Shown piece after piece: positions 1-13,179 of a DNA stretch of 64,000 bases. The notes under the pieces were generated by a model. The model was given only the letters and a program-made list of their open reading frames with translations. It was not told where the DNA came from and ran no database searches. Position numbers and translations under genes: made by a program. This DNA comes from the human T2T-CHM13v2.0 reference genome, Homo sapiens, in NCBI RefSeq assembly GCF_009914755.1, contig NC_060934.1, one strand, 5' to 3'. Each line of letters opens with the position of its first letter. Position 1 is the first letter of the stretch.

Positions 1-188
1 TCAGTGGTATTTCCACTTAGACACCTGCCTTTCCTTCCGTCTCCGTTTTTGTTGAAAAAATAAAAAGCACTTTATGTAAGCCTAGATTCAAACCACAATC
101 GGCTCACAGATAAAGATGTTAGGGGACAGAGAATTTCTCAACATGCAATCACTTTCAACAACATCGCCTGTTAAAAATCGTACATGTA

Positions 189-533
<345 letters not shown>

Positions 534-1345
534 TCAGAGAATTAGAACTTCAGAGGTTAAGGCTCTGAAACATGGATTTTATATAAACTTCCAAGGCAGT
601 TCTGGTTCATTTAAGTTCTGAGAACCCCCGAGGTAGCCACCAGTCATTAAGGCTTCACTGAGCAGCATTCGAACCCCAGCCTCCAGGCCCCCCTCCTGCC
701 TCCATATCTAACAGTGGGTCCAGTGTTTTCACCCCTCAGGCTCCGTATGCCTCCCTGAAGACTTGCAGTCATTTCCTAACTGATCAGCCCACGACCATTT
801 CCTCTTCCCAACGTAGTCTTCTCATCACGTAACTCCCTGCTCAAGAATCTGTGGTGAATCCTCGTTTCCTTCCTATTTCAAAACCTATTCTTCAGCTTTA
901 AATGTAAAGGCTGAAAGAAAATCCCTTCTGGCCTGAGTCCCCCACCGTCCCCTGCACCCTCCCCGCATTCCCTCCTTCTGAACCCCCAGCAAGACTGGCC
1001 GTTCTTCCAGCACCTGTGATGTCCTTCGCCCTCGTGCATCTCAGTGCTGGGGTGCTGCTCTCCCAGCTTCTCTAACCCTGTGAGTTGAACCCCAATGCAT
1101 CTTCGAGGATCCTACCTCTCATCGAGGATGTGGCCCTGCCTCCCCAGCTGGCTGGGATCTGCCTCGGCTTTGGGCCTCTGCAGCATTTTGCTCAGCCTTC
1201 CCTTGAGCTCTCGCCTTATTGGGTTTTGTTGTTCATTTCTTTACGCACTCAATTTGGCCTTCACTGGCCTTCAACTTGCCCGCATCCTAACTCCCTGAAT
1301 GAAGGAGCTCTCCTGGTTTGCTTTTCACTCCCCTCAGGCAACTAA

Positions 1346-2019
1346 TGATACAGGAGCTAGAAAGAAATTATTTAGGCAGACAGTGAGGGTCAAAGAGTCC
1401 TCGGCAGAATTTCCCTTTTAACAAAAAGCAGCCCCAGAGTAATTTCTTTTCTAACAAAGAGCAGCCTGAAAAATTGAGCTGCAAACATAGATAAGCAAGC
1501 TGAAAGCTTGCACGGGTGAATGCTGGCCGCTGTGCCAATAGGAAAAAGGCTACCTGGAAGCCAGGTATGTTCAACATGGAGGCTCCATCCTCCCTTTTCT
1601 TTGTCACCACGTGTACAGTAAAGAAACAGGCACAGGGCCGGCCAGGTAGCAAAAGCATCTGCATAATAAACGATTAGGGTGGGGGCTACCAGAAATTCGA
1701 GCGCTATGCAAAGGGCACACCTAGCCCGAACCAGTTTTTTGCGCCCTATGCAAATGGCACACCTTGTCCAACCAATCTTATGTGCCCTATGTAAATCAGA
1801 CACTGCCTCCTAAAGCTCAGCTATAGAACCCCTTGCATTTCACCATGGACCAGAAACCCATTCAGGACCCCTCTCTCTGCAGGAGAGAGCTCTTCTCTTT
1901 TCTTTCACTGTTAAACTTTCTGCTCTTAAGCTCGCTCCTTGTGTGTCCCCATCTTAGTTTTCTGTGGCTTTGAGACAACAAATCTTGGGTAATTTCCCCA
2001 GCTGAAGGATGCCGCTTCA
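1346..2019 (+). mobile_element. ERV1 (MER4-group, MER50-like) solo LTR
   Basis: TGATACAGGAGCTAGAAAG...GCCGCTTCA termini; 4-bp TSD ctaa/ctag. Confidence 0.8.
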
Positions 2020-3429
2020 CTAGCATGGGGTTCAAACACAGCAGACCCTCAATGAGAGCTTACTAGATTGTTTCATAGACTCTTCTGTCACCTTCTTTAC
2101 ATGTCCCCAAGGTGGTGTTTCCTGGCTTGCATCCCTCTGTGTGTCCGTGGCCACCAGTGCGCCAGCAACAGAGCCCTTTGTGGTCCCACACTTGGAATCC
2201 CACACAAGCCTCCCCACCTGTCTCCTGAATTTCCACCTCCTCCTCCCCCACCATCGCAGTCCCTAATTGAAGAAGAGCTTCTTGAACATCTCCCTGAATC
2301 CTGGAAAACAGCTATCTCGACCTTTGTAGAACTGACCAATTTAGATAAATTCACAAAGCTTTGGAACATAAGAAGGGTCACATTTTCTAAGAAAGTTTCA
2401 ATGCCAATTCAACCGGCTGAGTGTGAGATCCCAGAACATGAGCCATCTGGTTCTATAGGACCATGCTGCATGCACTACACATCCTCTCTCCCTGCAAATG
2501 CCCTTTCCAGTATGTCCAATTCATTTTATATTATTTCTTATATTTTTCCTACCAAGCGTGGCCTTCTGCTACATGGTACCCCCCACCCTCCCACCCACAC
2601 TCATTTCTGCCATCTCTCACACTCTCTCTCCCCTCTCCATCTTTGCTCACCCTCCAGCTCATGCCTTACTCAGTTCCAGGTGGTCATGGCAGCCACGTCT
2701 TGCTCTCCAGGGCTGTTCCATCTTCTCCCTCCTGCCCCACAAAATCAAGCCAACCCCCATCTGTCTCTCAGAGGTTCCTGACGACTCCTATGCAAAGTGA
2801 TTTCTTCCTTCTTTGTATTTCCAAGCATGAATAAACTATGTAGTTGAGCACTTACATATTCCATTTCATCTGGCCTTTTGTTACTCAAGTTTTAGAGAGT
2901 ATCTTGATTTTTCAACCCAGAGCATAAGGTCATTGAAGTGAGGGACCATGTCTTAAAATTTTTCTTATACGGAACTCCCTGGTGTTAAACAATTACCAGG
3001 GCTCAGCATGTATTCATAGATGAAATTTCAATCTTAGATATCTGTTCAGTAAAATGTGCAAGGTTTCTTTGTGCTTTAGGTTTAAATTAATTTGATCTTT
3101 GAAAAGCGTCATAAACCATTTCCTCAGTGAAAGTAAGAAAGAGCGGGGAGCATTCTGAGAATAGGCATGAAATTTGGGTATGATTCTTGGGATACAAAAT
3201 TAAAAGGCCATCTGCCTTTGAGAGGCAGCAGATGTGTAATTGATATTCACTGCTCATTTGCCACTTGAATTCTGTAGACATTTAATGCTGTAATTGTTTA
3301 CACAGTAAGATTCTTAACACCCTTCAGAGAATAGCTCACTTTTCCTGTAGTCTCCGTACTTCTGATCAGCCTATTAGAATCAGTTCTCATTTTCCTGGAG
3401 CTTCAAAAGTAGAATTAAAAACTAATTCG

Positions 3430-3700
3430 CATGATATCCCTTTGAAGATGATAATTTTATAATATCTACAAAAATTTAAAATGATATACCTTTGATCCAG
3501 CATCATCTATTTAGGAATCTATCCTACATTATACACAAGCCATATGCACAAAGATATATGCACATAAATGTTCATTGCAGGATAGTTTATAATTATAAAA
3601 TATTAAAAATAGCCTAAATGTCTATCAATGAGGGATTGATTAAATAAATTATGAGTCATTCATACAATATAATACTAGGAAGCACTTACAAAGAATGAGG
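3430..3700 (+). mobile_element. Old L1M 3' fragment
   Basis: Degenerate L1 ORF2-end motifs (gatccagca...ggaatctatcct; atgttcattgcag; aataaattatg...catacaat). Confidence 0.65.
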
Positions 3701-3705
3701 TAGCA

Positions 3706-3906
3706 AAACTCCATTCTATAAAAAAAATACAAAAAATTAGCCAGGTGTGGTGGTGGGCACCTGCAGTCCCAGCTAATCAGGAGGCTGAGGTGGAAGGATC
3801 ACCTGAGCCTGAGAGATGGAGGCTGCAGTGAGCTGCAAGTACGCCACTGCACTCTAGCTTGGGCAACAGAGTGAGACCCTGTCACAAAAAAAGAAAACAA
3901 ATAAAA
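3706..3906 (+). mobile_element. 5'-truncated AluJ (right arm)
   Basis: 15-bp TSD aagaatgaggtagca (3691-3705) / aagaatgagttagca (3907-3921). Confidence 0.9.
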
Positions 3907-4089
3907 AAGAATGAGTTAGCACTATTGGAATTGACAAGGGAAGATGTTGCATATGTGCAGATAATTTCCAAAAGGATACACAAGAAACTAAAGTATTAAG
4001 AATCTGGAGTAGTAAGGAAACCTGGTTTTAATGTATAACCCTTTGTATTTTTTTTAAACTTGTAAACGTATTTTTATTTTTAAAAACTA

Positions 4090-4404
<315 letters not shown>

Positions 4405-4959
4405 CTAATTTAAAAAATTAATTTGCAAAAAATGATATTAGCAGTTAAAAGGATTTGGAACCAATATTGGAATGGTTAATTATCTACGAAGAGTTTCAGA
4501 AACATCTTTGTCATATTGCCTCTTTGTGTACACAATCATAACTGAAATTATAATGCTTACGAAAGAGACAATGTTTTTTGTTTTTCTATTTTCTTTTTGA
4601 TCATTAGATTCCAGCTATTTGGTAACTATTATCTCTCAGATTTGGACAGGAATTGGTGTCAGCTGTGTAAAGAGAGATGCAACAGGGACAGATGTTTGTA
4701 TGAACAATTCTTTCACGTAGATCACTTTCATGGAATGATGACTATATTTTCAATATTTTGAAATCCCCCTAAGAAACTCATGTAACAAATAAAAGAAAGC
4801 ATCTATCTCATCTATTCTATTCACAGACCTATCTATATCCACACTTATCTAGAAGATTCTTTTGGTTGTCTGCACAGCAGCCATTACTCTGTATATTCTT
4901 CCCTACAGGAAGAGCCTAAAAATGCAGCTACTCTTTTCCCCAGCCTCCATGATAACTGC

Positions 4960-5670
4960 CTTGTGTATTTTTCAGGATTGTTAGTTGCAGACAACAAAGT
5001 CCACCCTAATTAGGTTAAGCAGAAAGGGATTTACTACTGGATATTAGACAGTTTAAGAACATATGGGAAAACCAGATAGCCAAGCACATTTGCCAGAAAG
5101 CCAGAAGAAATGCCCAACCACAGCTCAAGACTGTTACAGCAAAGATGCCACTATTGTCATTCAGCCACCACCTCTGACACTAAAGAGCAGACACTGGCAC
5201 TTCCACAGGAACTGGTCCAAAATAACCTAACACTTTTGCCACCTCGCATGCAAGAAAATCTGATCCACAACTGTTCCTTCGAGCTACTCACTCTCACCTC
5301 ACCTCTCCATGGCTGGCACCAGTGAGCTGGCATGGTGGAAGTCAGGCCACGTACAGGACCCTAGCTGTAAGGAAGGCAAGAAAATGTATCTTTTAAGATC
5401 TCCAGCCTCTATAGTTTAGGAAGGCATCCTGGTGAGGGGTTATGGGAGGAGGCTATGTGAGCTAACCTGCCCTATTTTGGCCAGTGAAAAATAAGGGGAA
5501 GTGTTCTGGGGAGCTTCTGGGAGAGATTTTCCTCCCTGATAAAAAGAAACACAAGGAGAGCTCTCTTTACCACTCCTCCTCTTTCTGCTTTTGGACACAG
5601 GTGCAAGGGATACGATGCTTAGAGCTGCTGCAGCCATCTTGGAACCATGAGGGGAAGCACTGTCAACATC
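4960..5670. mobile_element. Ancient MLT1/LTR16/LTR33-type LTR fragments
   Basis: MaLR-like words (ttagttgcagacaaca...ttaagcagaaagggattta; gctgctgcagccatcttgg). Confidence 0.5.
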
Positions 5671-5729
5671 TACACCCACTCATATTTTTCATGTTGCAAT
5701 CTCTCTGAGCTTCCTTCCTTGAGTTTATA

Positions 5730-6860
5730 GCAATATTCACCGTTTTCCCATCTCTAAAATCTCTCCCTGGTTTCGTCCGACTCTTCAGGCTACCATCCAA
5801 TGTCTTTCCTCCCCATCGCCTACAAATTTATCCTCTCTATGCTTACTCATTCACCTCCTATCTCCTCCTCATTCACTTGCAGCCTGGGTCTGAGTATATT
5901 ATACTCAAGAAGCATCTCACTATAAAGTCACCATGCCATGTGATTGGCGAATCTTATATATAGTTTTTTTTTTTAATTTTTACTTTCCTTTATCTCTCTG
6001 CTGTACCTAACTCTTCATCACTTCTTTTTTGTCTTTCTTGAAAGTTTCTACTCTCTTTATACGACAAATTATATTCTCTTGGAATTCTAGTTACCTTTCT
6101 GACTGTTCCTTTCTTTGCCTTTTTTACGGACTCTCCTTCCACTCCCTCCCCTTTCAATGCCTCATCCATGGATCCCGGCTCTTCTCTGTCTATTCTCCCC
6201 AGGTGGTTTTCATCCTTTCTAACCATCACCCGAATATTGATGACCCTGAATATGTATGTCCAGCCCATAATCTTCTCAAGCTTCACATACATACCTGTAA
6301 CCACAGCTACATACCTCCACTAGAATGTCTCATGGATCCTTGAAATGAATGTGTCCAAAAAAAAGATATCATTAGTCCTTAGAAACCTATTTCTTCTGTG
6401 ATCTCCACCTTCTTCCTCACCCAACATAAAGATCTGAGGTCATCCTTGCCTCCTCCCTCTGCCTCATGTATGCGAGTAAAAGCTAATCAACTGCTGATTT
6501 CACCTAATCATTTCTTACCTGTGTTCCTACAGCAATTTTCTACATATCACTGGCAGAGTGATCCAGTCAAAATGCAAATCTGATTATTTTGTTCTCTTGC
6601 CTAAAGTTTTTTCTAATGCTTTCCATTGTTTACAAGATATGGATCAAGCTCCTCAGCAGAGTATTGTGCTTCATCTTCTGATTTTTCCTCCATTTTTGCT
6701 TCAGAACCCCTAAACTCCATGACTTTTCAAAAGGTATCATGCAACCATATGATCCTCTACTCTTCCTGATACTTTAAATTCTGCCTTAAACTATTCCCTT
6801 ATTGCATCACCTGGTCTGAACCTTCAAGTTCAGATACTAGCTCCTCTCACATGCCCTTAC
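5730..6860 (+). mobile_element. Degraded L2 LINE fragments
   Basis: Pyrimidine-rich L2 words (aaagtcacca; tgaccctgaatatgtatgtccagccc; aaaatgcaaatctgatt). Confidence 0.6.
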
Positions 6861-7196
6861 TCATGTGACAGATGTCCACTGAACACTTACTATGTGCCAG
6901 ACACTGAGCTAGGAGCTAAAGAATCAATGGTGGATGACATATAGTCCCTGTTCTCAAGAAAGTTATAGTCCACATACTGATCTCCAATTCTACCAGGTGG
7001 GTTGGGTGCCCTGCTCTGTGCTCTAGTCATAGACACTGTTGATTGCCTATGCAGCAACCACATCCACCTTCTTTTTCCCTTGTATGAGACCATGGGAATC
7101 TACCCCATTCCCAGCTTTAGAAGTAGATATTGATATATCTGATCCAAGCATAGTGATTCCATGCTTCTTGGCTAGTGTCCAGTTGAGGATCCCAGG

Positions 7197-7534
7197 TGTT
7201 GTGGTTTGAATATTTATTCCCTCCAAAACTCATGTTAACATTTAATTGTCATTGTAACAATATTAAGAGGTAGAGTTTTCAAGAGAGGATTAGGTCATAA
7301 AGATTCCACCTTCATGGGTGGAATTGTGCTGTTATAAAAGGGTGAGTTCAGCCCCCTCTTGCTCTTTCTTGCCCCTCTGCCTTTGCTGTGGGATGATGTA
7401 GCAAGAAGGGCCTCCCCAGATGCCCATTCCTCGATCTTGGATTTCTCTGTCCAGTGGAACTGTGAAAAAATAGATTTATGTTCATTATAAATTTCCCAGT
7501 CTCTAGTATTTTGTGATAGCAGCAAAAAAAAAAA

Positions 7535-7565
<31 letters not shown>
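7197..7565 (+). mobile_element. MST (MSTC/D-like) MaLR solo LTR whose 3' terminus has become A20(GAA)7
   Basis: tgttgtggtttgaat... start; MST body; TSD ccagg at 7192-7196 and 7566-7570. Confidence 0.85.
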
Positions 7566-7989
7566 CCAGGCTTAAGCCAATCAGTGCTTGAGTCTTTTTC
7601 CTGGGGAGGGAAAGTGACCTGAGTTGGTCCTCTCAGAAGGAAAGAAAGAATTTATCATTCCCATTTTGAGGAGAGATGTTTCTTCTTTCCCCCAAGCTTG
7701 AACAAGGAAGCATATTGAACAGTTGCTGCAGGCAGCAATCTGGTGACCACATGAGGAATATCAGGCTGAAGACAAAGCTTACAGATAAGAGCAGAGCCAA
7801 AAGATCTAGTGGTAACAGGGGATGGGTGGAACCAGAGCCACAGCCTAGGAACAACTCCATCCTGGACTTAATATGTGAACTAAAGAAGTGTCCTGTTTTA
7901 AAGCCAGTTTAAGCAGCTTTTAATTTAGTTCTTAATGAGAGTCAATATGCACCATCCACTGGAAGTTCCCATGTGAAACTCAAGAATCC

Positions 7990-8640
7990 ACACTCTCTCC
8001 CATTCTCGCTTTTCCTGGCATTAGTTCAAGTCCACTTTGTCGCTCAATTGTATGACTTTAATATCTCCTTGTTCAGATTCCTTTGCCTCAGATTCACCTC
8101 TTCTTTCAATTTATTCTCCATATCATTTCCAGCATGATATTTCTACATCTGCACTCTGATCATGTCCTTCCCCACTTAAAATCATTGATGACTATTTGTA
8201 GACTTCAAGATAAAGTTCAAACTCCTTGCCATTTATTCTGAAGACATTTCGTGTCTGCCCCCAGCCAGGATCTTGACCTCTCTTTCTCTATTCCTTTTTG
8301 CCTTCCTCATACCCAAATGTCACATAGTTGCTGGGACGTGTGACTCTCCCATTGCATTCATGTATGCTGTTCCCTGTACCTGGAACCACTGTCCACTACC
8401 ACTTACCTCACCCACCTATAATCCTCCAGAACCTTCAGCTCTACTTTAGAAGTCTCTGCACGGTGTTCCTGTGCTTTATAGCATTTTGACTATTTCTCTG
8501 CCATCACATTTATCTCACTGTGTTGCAACTGTTTGTTTATTGGCCTTTCCAACTAAACTCTAAACTTCTTGAGAGCAGGGACTAGGTGGTATTTACACAC
8601 ATATCCACATATCCTCAGCACATACCACAATATCTCTGAC
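7990..8640 (+). mobile_element. L2 fragment
   Basis: gataaagttcaaactcctt; actctaaacttcttgagagcaggga. Confidence 0.6.
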
Positions 8641-8667
8641 TGAGACCCTCTTAAAATCTTTTTACAA

Positions 8668-8800
8668 AGAGAAGGAATGGAAAGAGAAGAGAAGAGAATA
8701 GGAAGGGAACAGGAAGGGAGGGAAGAGGAGGGGAGGGAAGGAGAAAGGAGAGGAGAAGACAAGACAAGAGACGGAAAAAAAAAAAAAAAAAAGGAAGAAA
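8668..8800 (+). repeat. GA-rich low-complexity tract plus poly(A)
   Basis: Visible purine run. Confidence 0.85.
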
Positions 8801-9796
8801 GCCAGTTCTTTCTTCTTGGGAAAAAAGAAGGCCAAAGGAGTCCAAAAAATAGTCACAGATTTTACTCTGAACAGGCCAAATAACTAATTGTCCTGTCTAG
8901 ATACAGAGTCTGAGTTTTAATGCATTTTCTTGCTAGAAAATTCAAAGTATATAAAAGGATGTACACTCAAAGGACCTCCGCTTCAAATTTTCCCTGCCGT
9001 TGGTGCTTCATGCCCATGGGATGTGTATTAAAGAGGCTGCCTCACTCAGTAATTGTAGAGAATAGAAGGAAAACAAATAGTTGTTGATACAGGTAATGTT
9101 CATGTTTCCCCATTGTAGCAGCATATGGCACTAGTTGTAATGGCCTAACGTAAAGCATTCCTGAACAATATTAATGACCAACTAGGTTAATGACCAAAGA
9201 CTCAGCCTCAGGCCCCAAACATAGTCTCCTGTTCATTAATCCCTAGGAAATGACCTCAGCCATGTTCATTATGGCTCAATTACATTCACACTCCCTCATG
9301 AGAAAAGAAAGCATTGCAGTCCTGATACCAAGCTATATCCCCCCCACCTTTTTTTTTTTTACCTTGACACATGGGCAATAAAGACACAAAACAAGTTATT
9401 AGTCCCAAGGCCAAGCATGTAAAGGAAAAAAACATTATTGCCTTTTCAGCTCCCAATCATCAATAAGAACTGAATTTGGGACCTCAGAGGTCACAGAGCA
9501 GGCTGACCAGGATTTACACATCCTCTGAGTGTTCTTTGAAGGTGTGACATGCACTAAGCACATGTTAGCCCCAGATGTTCAGAGTTTGGATGAAAATCGG
9601 AAAACTCAAAAGGCAGCTCTTTGCTAGTATGCAAAAAAAAAAAAAAAAAATGACTCCTTCAGATATCAACCTATCACTCATTCAATCAATATTTATACAA
9701 TGTTTCCTCTGAGTAAAGTCCCATAGACAGTTTGTGAGTAATTCAGAAAAGAGCATCAAGGAACATAGAATCAAGTTACATAGAATGAACATACCC

Positions 9797-10360
9797 TGTG
9801 GTGGCTTGAAACATGTCCTGAACCACATCGACATGTCCTTCATCAAGAGGCAGTCTATATCCTCTCACCTTGGATCTAGCCTTAATGACTTGTTTGTAAC
9901 CAAGGAAATGCAACAGGAGCAAGTCTGCATGACTTCTGAGGCTAGGTTATGAGCGATCATATGGCTCTGCCTGGCTAGCTCAGATACTCAGTTTTGGAGC
10001 CTGGGTCACTCTGCAAATCCACCTACCTTGAAGCAGCCATATTTTGAGGCGGCCCACATCATGTGGGGAGACTCTAACGTTATGGTTCACAGAACCAGCT
10101 GTGGTCTAGCTAACAATAGCATCTACCCATACATATGAGTGAAGACTTATCTCCAGAAGATTCCAAGACCAGTTGTTGAATCACCCCAGCCATCAGCTCT
10201 TCCCAGCTGAAGCTCCAGTGTGGAACAGAGACAAGCCATTCCCACTGTACTCTGTTGGAACTCCTGACCCATAACATTTATGAGTGTAACAAAATACTGA
10301 ATTTTGTACAAAAATTACAAAGCGTGGGATAGTTTGTTTTACAGCAGTAGTAACTGAATA
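9797..10360 (+). mobile_element. MLT1 (G/H-like) MaLR LTR
   Basis: tgtggtggc...gacttctgaggctaggt...ccattcccactg...acagcagtagtaactgaata. Confidence 0.75.

Positions 10361-10412
<52 letters not shown>
10361..10412 (+). repeat. Compound microsatellite (TC)n(AC)n
   Basis: Seen directly. Confidence 0.95.
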
Positions 10413-11929
10413 TGATAAATACATACAGCCACCTTGTGAGGTTTAGTAATAGTTTGCATGCATATGTTCCTAGTTCGGCCATGCCTACAGAAATCTTTGA
10501 GGAAGTGCCGTCATCTAATGGAACTGCATTTAACCTGCATCTATTAATAGCAAAAATCACCAAGACTTCTTCAATGGGGCCATGCGGCACATTCAATGTG
10601 AAGAAAATTAATTCCAAAGTCGAGGGAACATTGATTGGGTACAAACACTGTCTTGCATCACAAGGTGATTACACTCCATTAGAATGCACCTCTCTCAGGC
10701 TTGGCCTCCTGTTATTTCCTCTCTATAATCTCTTCAGGATTTCTGAGCTTCAGTGCCACTGCCAGATCTGCCTCCCATACCAAATCTAATCCAGGACCTA
10801 ACCCAGCCTTTACCTCCAACTGCCCACCCTCCACCTCTACTGGCAAATCTCATTATTTCCTCAGCACCTTCACCTCTGTAGTCCTCAGTCAATAGAAAGC
10901 TATTCTTATTCAAATGGTATTTCCCACTCCAGAGTGGCTTGTATGTGTCATGGTCCCTGCACCTCCAGGAGTCACAGAGTTGTCCCAGCTGGCTCCTCCC
11001 TGTGCGTGTCCCCTGTCATCCATCTCCCATCCAATCCTGATGGCTCTCCCTTCAGAATGTTTCAGAATTCATTCCCCTTCCTCTTTTCTTACTGTCAGCT
11101 CCGTGCCACCTCTTTACCTCCCGCCCAAATTCATGCAATTGCCTCTAAACTGGCCCTCTCCCTCCAATGTCCCCAGCACACCCTGCCTTCCACCACTAGA
11201 TTAAACACCCCACTTCCCATGCCTGCCCATTAAGTCAGTCCAATCCAAGAACCTGGAGAGGCTTCAGTGCCTGCAGCTCCAATCCAGATGCCCCCAAGAG
11301 CATTTGCAATGTCTTGCCTTATTCTTTAGCTAGCAGTCCATCTCTTCCATGACACAGACCCTTTAGCAAAATATCAATCCCTCCTTTCATACTCCCACAT
11401 TTGCCCTCCCCAACCCCACCCTTGGCGGTTTAACATTTCCTCCTGAATTTCCTGATGATTTTGTTCCCTCCACTGGGAAGCTACTCCTTCCCTCTCTTCC
11501 CCAGCCAACATGATATACACTTTTCAAAATAGCTTAACGCCATTTTCTACAAACCATGTGGACTAGCGTTCTAGATCTCACACACCTGTCCCTGCCCCTG
11601 CCTCTGATTTCTTCAAACGCCTTGTTAGTAAATACCATACCTTCCATGTAGGGCCCTTTCTCAACATGCAGTGTGACCTAAGCATTTTCAGTACTTCTTA
11701 TTTCTCTAATGAGATATAAGTTCCCAGGCAAGGGCCATGCACTGTACTCACCAAAATTCCTCCCAAAGCCTGGTGTGTGCTAAGCTGCCAGGAAGCAGCC
11801 AATCAATACCTTCATTACCAAATATATCGAGAAGAGTGCATGAAGCTGGAGTCTGCTGAACTCCTTCCCACCCCGGGGCCATGGCCCAGGTTGGAATGCC
11901 CCATCCATGACTTTTCACCCTTGCCTGCT

Positions 11930-12245
11930 TCTTGCAGCTCACCCTTCAGTTCAAATGCAACCTCTTCTAAGAAGGCGTCCTCAGTCACTCCTCTAAAGCT
12001 GTCTTCCAAGCACTGTCTCCAAATAACCATTTTTAATTCTCTATAGGGCACTCATAGTTCTTCTATTTATTTTCAATGTGTTATTTTTATTTTTATTTTT
12101 GTCTTTTCCCAGGAGAGTGTAAGCTTGATGACAACAGAAAGACTTTCTGTCTGGTTCACCACTGTATCCCTCCTATTAAAACAGTGTCCAGAAGAGAGTA
12201 TGTGATGGGTTAAATGAATGGATGAATGAATGAAACAAATGAATA
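11930..12245 (+). mobile_element. L2 3' end
   Basis: tcaaatgcaacctcttct...ggttcaccactgtatcc...(tgaa)n tail. Confidence 0.75.
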
Positions 12246-12792
12246 AAGTATAGAGAAATACTCTGTACTTATAAGGCACTCACAATCTATTAAGAAAAAC
12301 AGATACAAAAGTCAAATATCATCTAGTGATAAGTAAAATTTTACATATATATGAATTATATATATGAATGAATATATATATAATTCATATATGTATATAT
12401 GAAATAAAGGAGAAAGAGAGGAAGGTAGAATAGCATTCCAAAGAATAGAAAGTGTACATTCAGAAGTGCACAGGCTTAATCCTGCATATCATTTGTCAGG
12501 GAAGGAAATGTCCAACACTGTGAGAGTATGAATTTTGAGGGGTGGAGGAAGGGACCCTGGGACATGAGGCTGGGCAGGTAGGCAGAGACCAGATCTGTAA
12601 GTGAGTAATGTGGTATATTAAAAAGCTAGAGCCTTATCCTGTGTAAAATCAGGTACAACTGGAGAATTTTAGGCAGAGAAATTAGACCTTTATTTCATAA
12701 CTAACACTCTAGAAAAAGTACAGAAGACAGGCAACAGTGATAAGAGACTAGAAACAGGAAGACCAGGTAAGAGGCCCTGCAGGTAGCCCAGG

Positions 12793-13179
12793 TGATATGG
12801 TTTGCATCTGTGTCCCTGCCCAAATCTCAAGTCTGAATTGGAATCCCCAGTTTTGGGGAAGGGGCCTGGTGGGAGGTGATTGTATCATGGGGGCGGACTT
12901 CTCCCTTGCTGTTCTTGTGACAGTGAGTGAGTTCTCATGAGAACTGGTTGTTTCAAAGTGTGTAGCACTTCCCCCTTTGCTCCCTCTTCCTCCTGCTCCC
13001 ACCATGCAAGATGTGCCTCCTTCCTCTTCGTCTTCCACCATGATTGTAAGTTTCCTGAGGCTTCTCCAGCCAGGCTTCCTATACAGCCTGTGAAACTGTG
13101 AGTCAATTAAACCTCTTTTCTTTATAAATTACCCATTCTCAGGTACTTCTTTATAGCAATGTGAGAATGAACTACTACA
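12793..13179 (+). mobile_element. THE1D/MSTA-type MaLR solo LTR inserted in an L2
   Basis: TGATATGGTTTG...ACTACTACA; TSD ccagg/ctagg. Confidence 0.9.

Noticed and set aside
2068-2781. Longest ORF (237 aa, + strand)
   Set aside because: Non-ATG start, low-complexity Pro/Ser/His from pyrimidine-rich DNA, no recognisable domain.
6510-8412. Strong isolated minus-strand donors (CAG|GTAAGA near 6518, GAG|GTAAGT near 8406)
   Set aside because: Inside L2 remnants with no convincing adjacent acceptor; expected by chance in a long intron.
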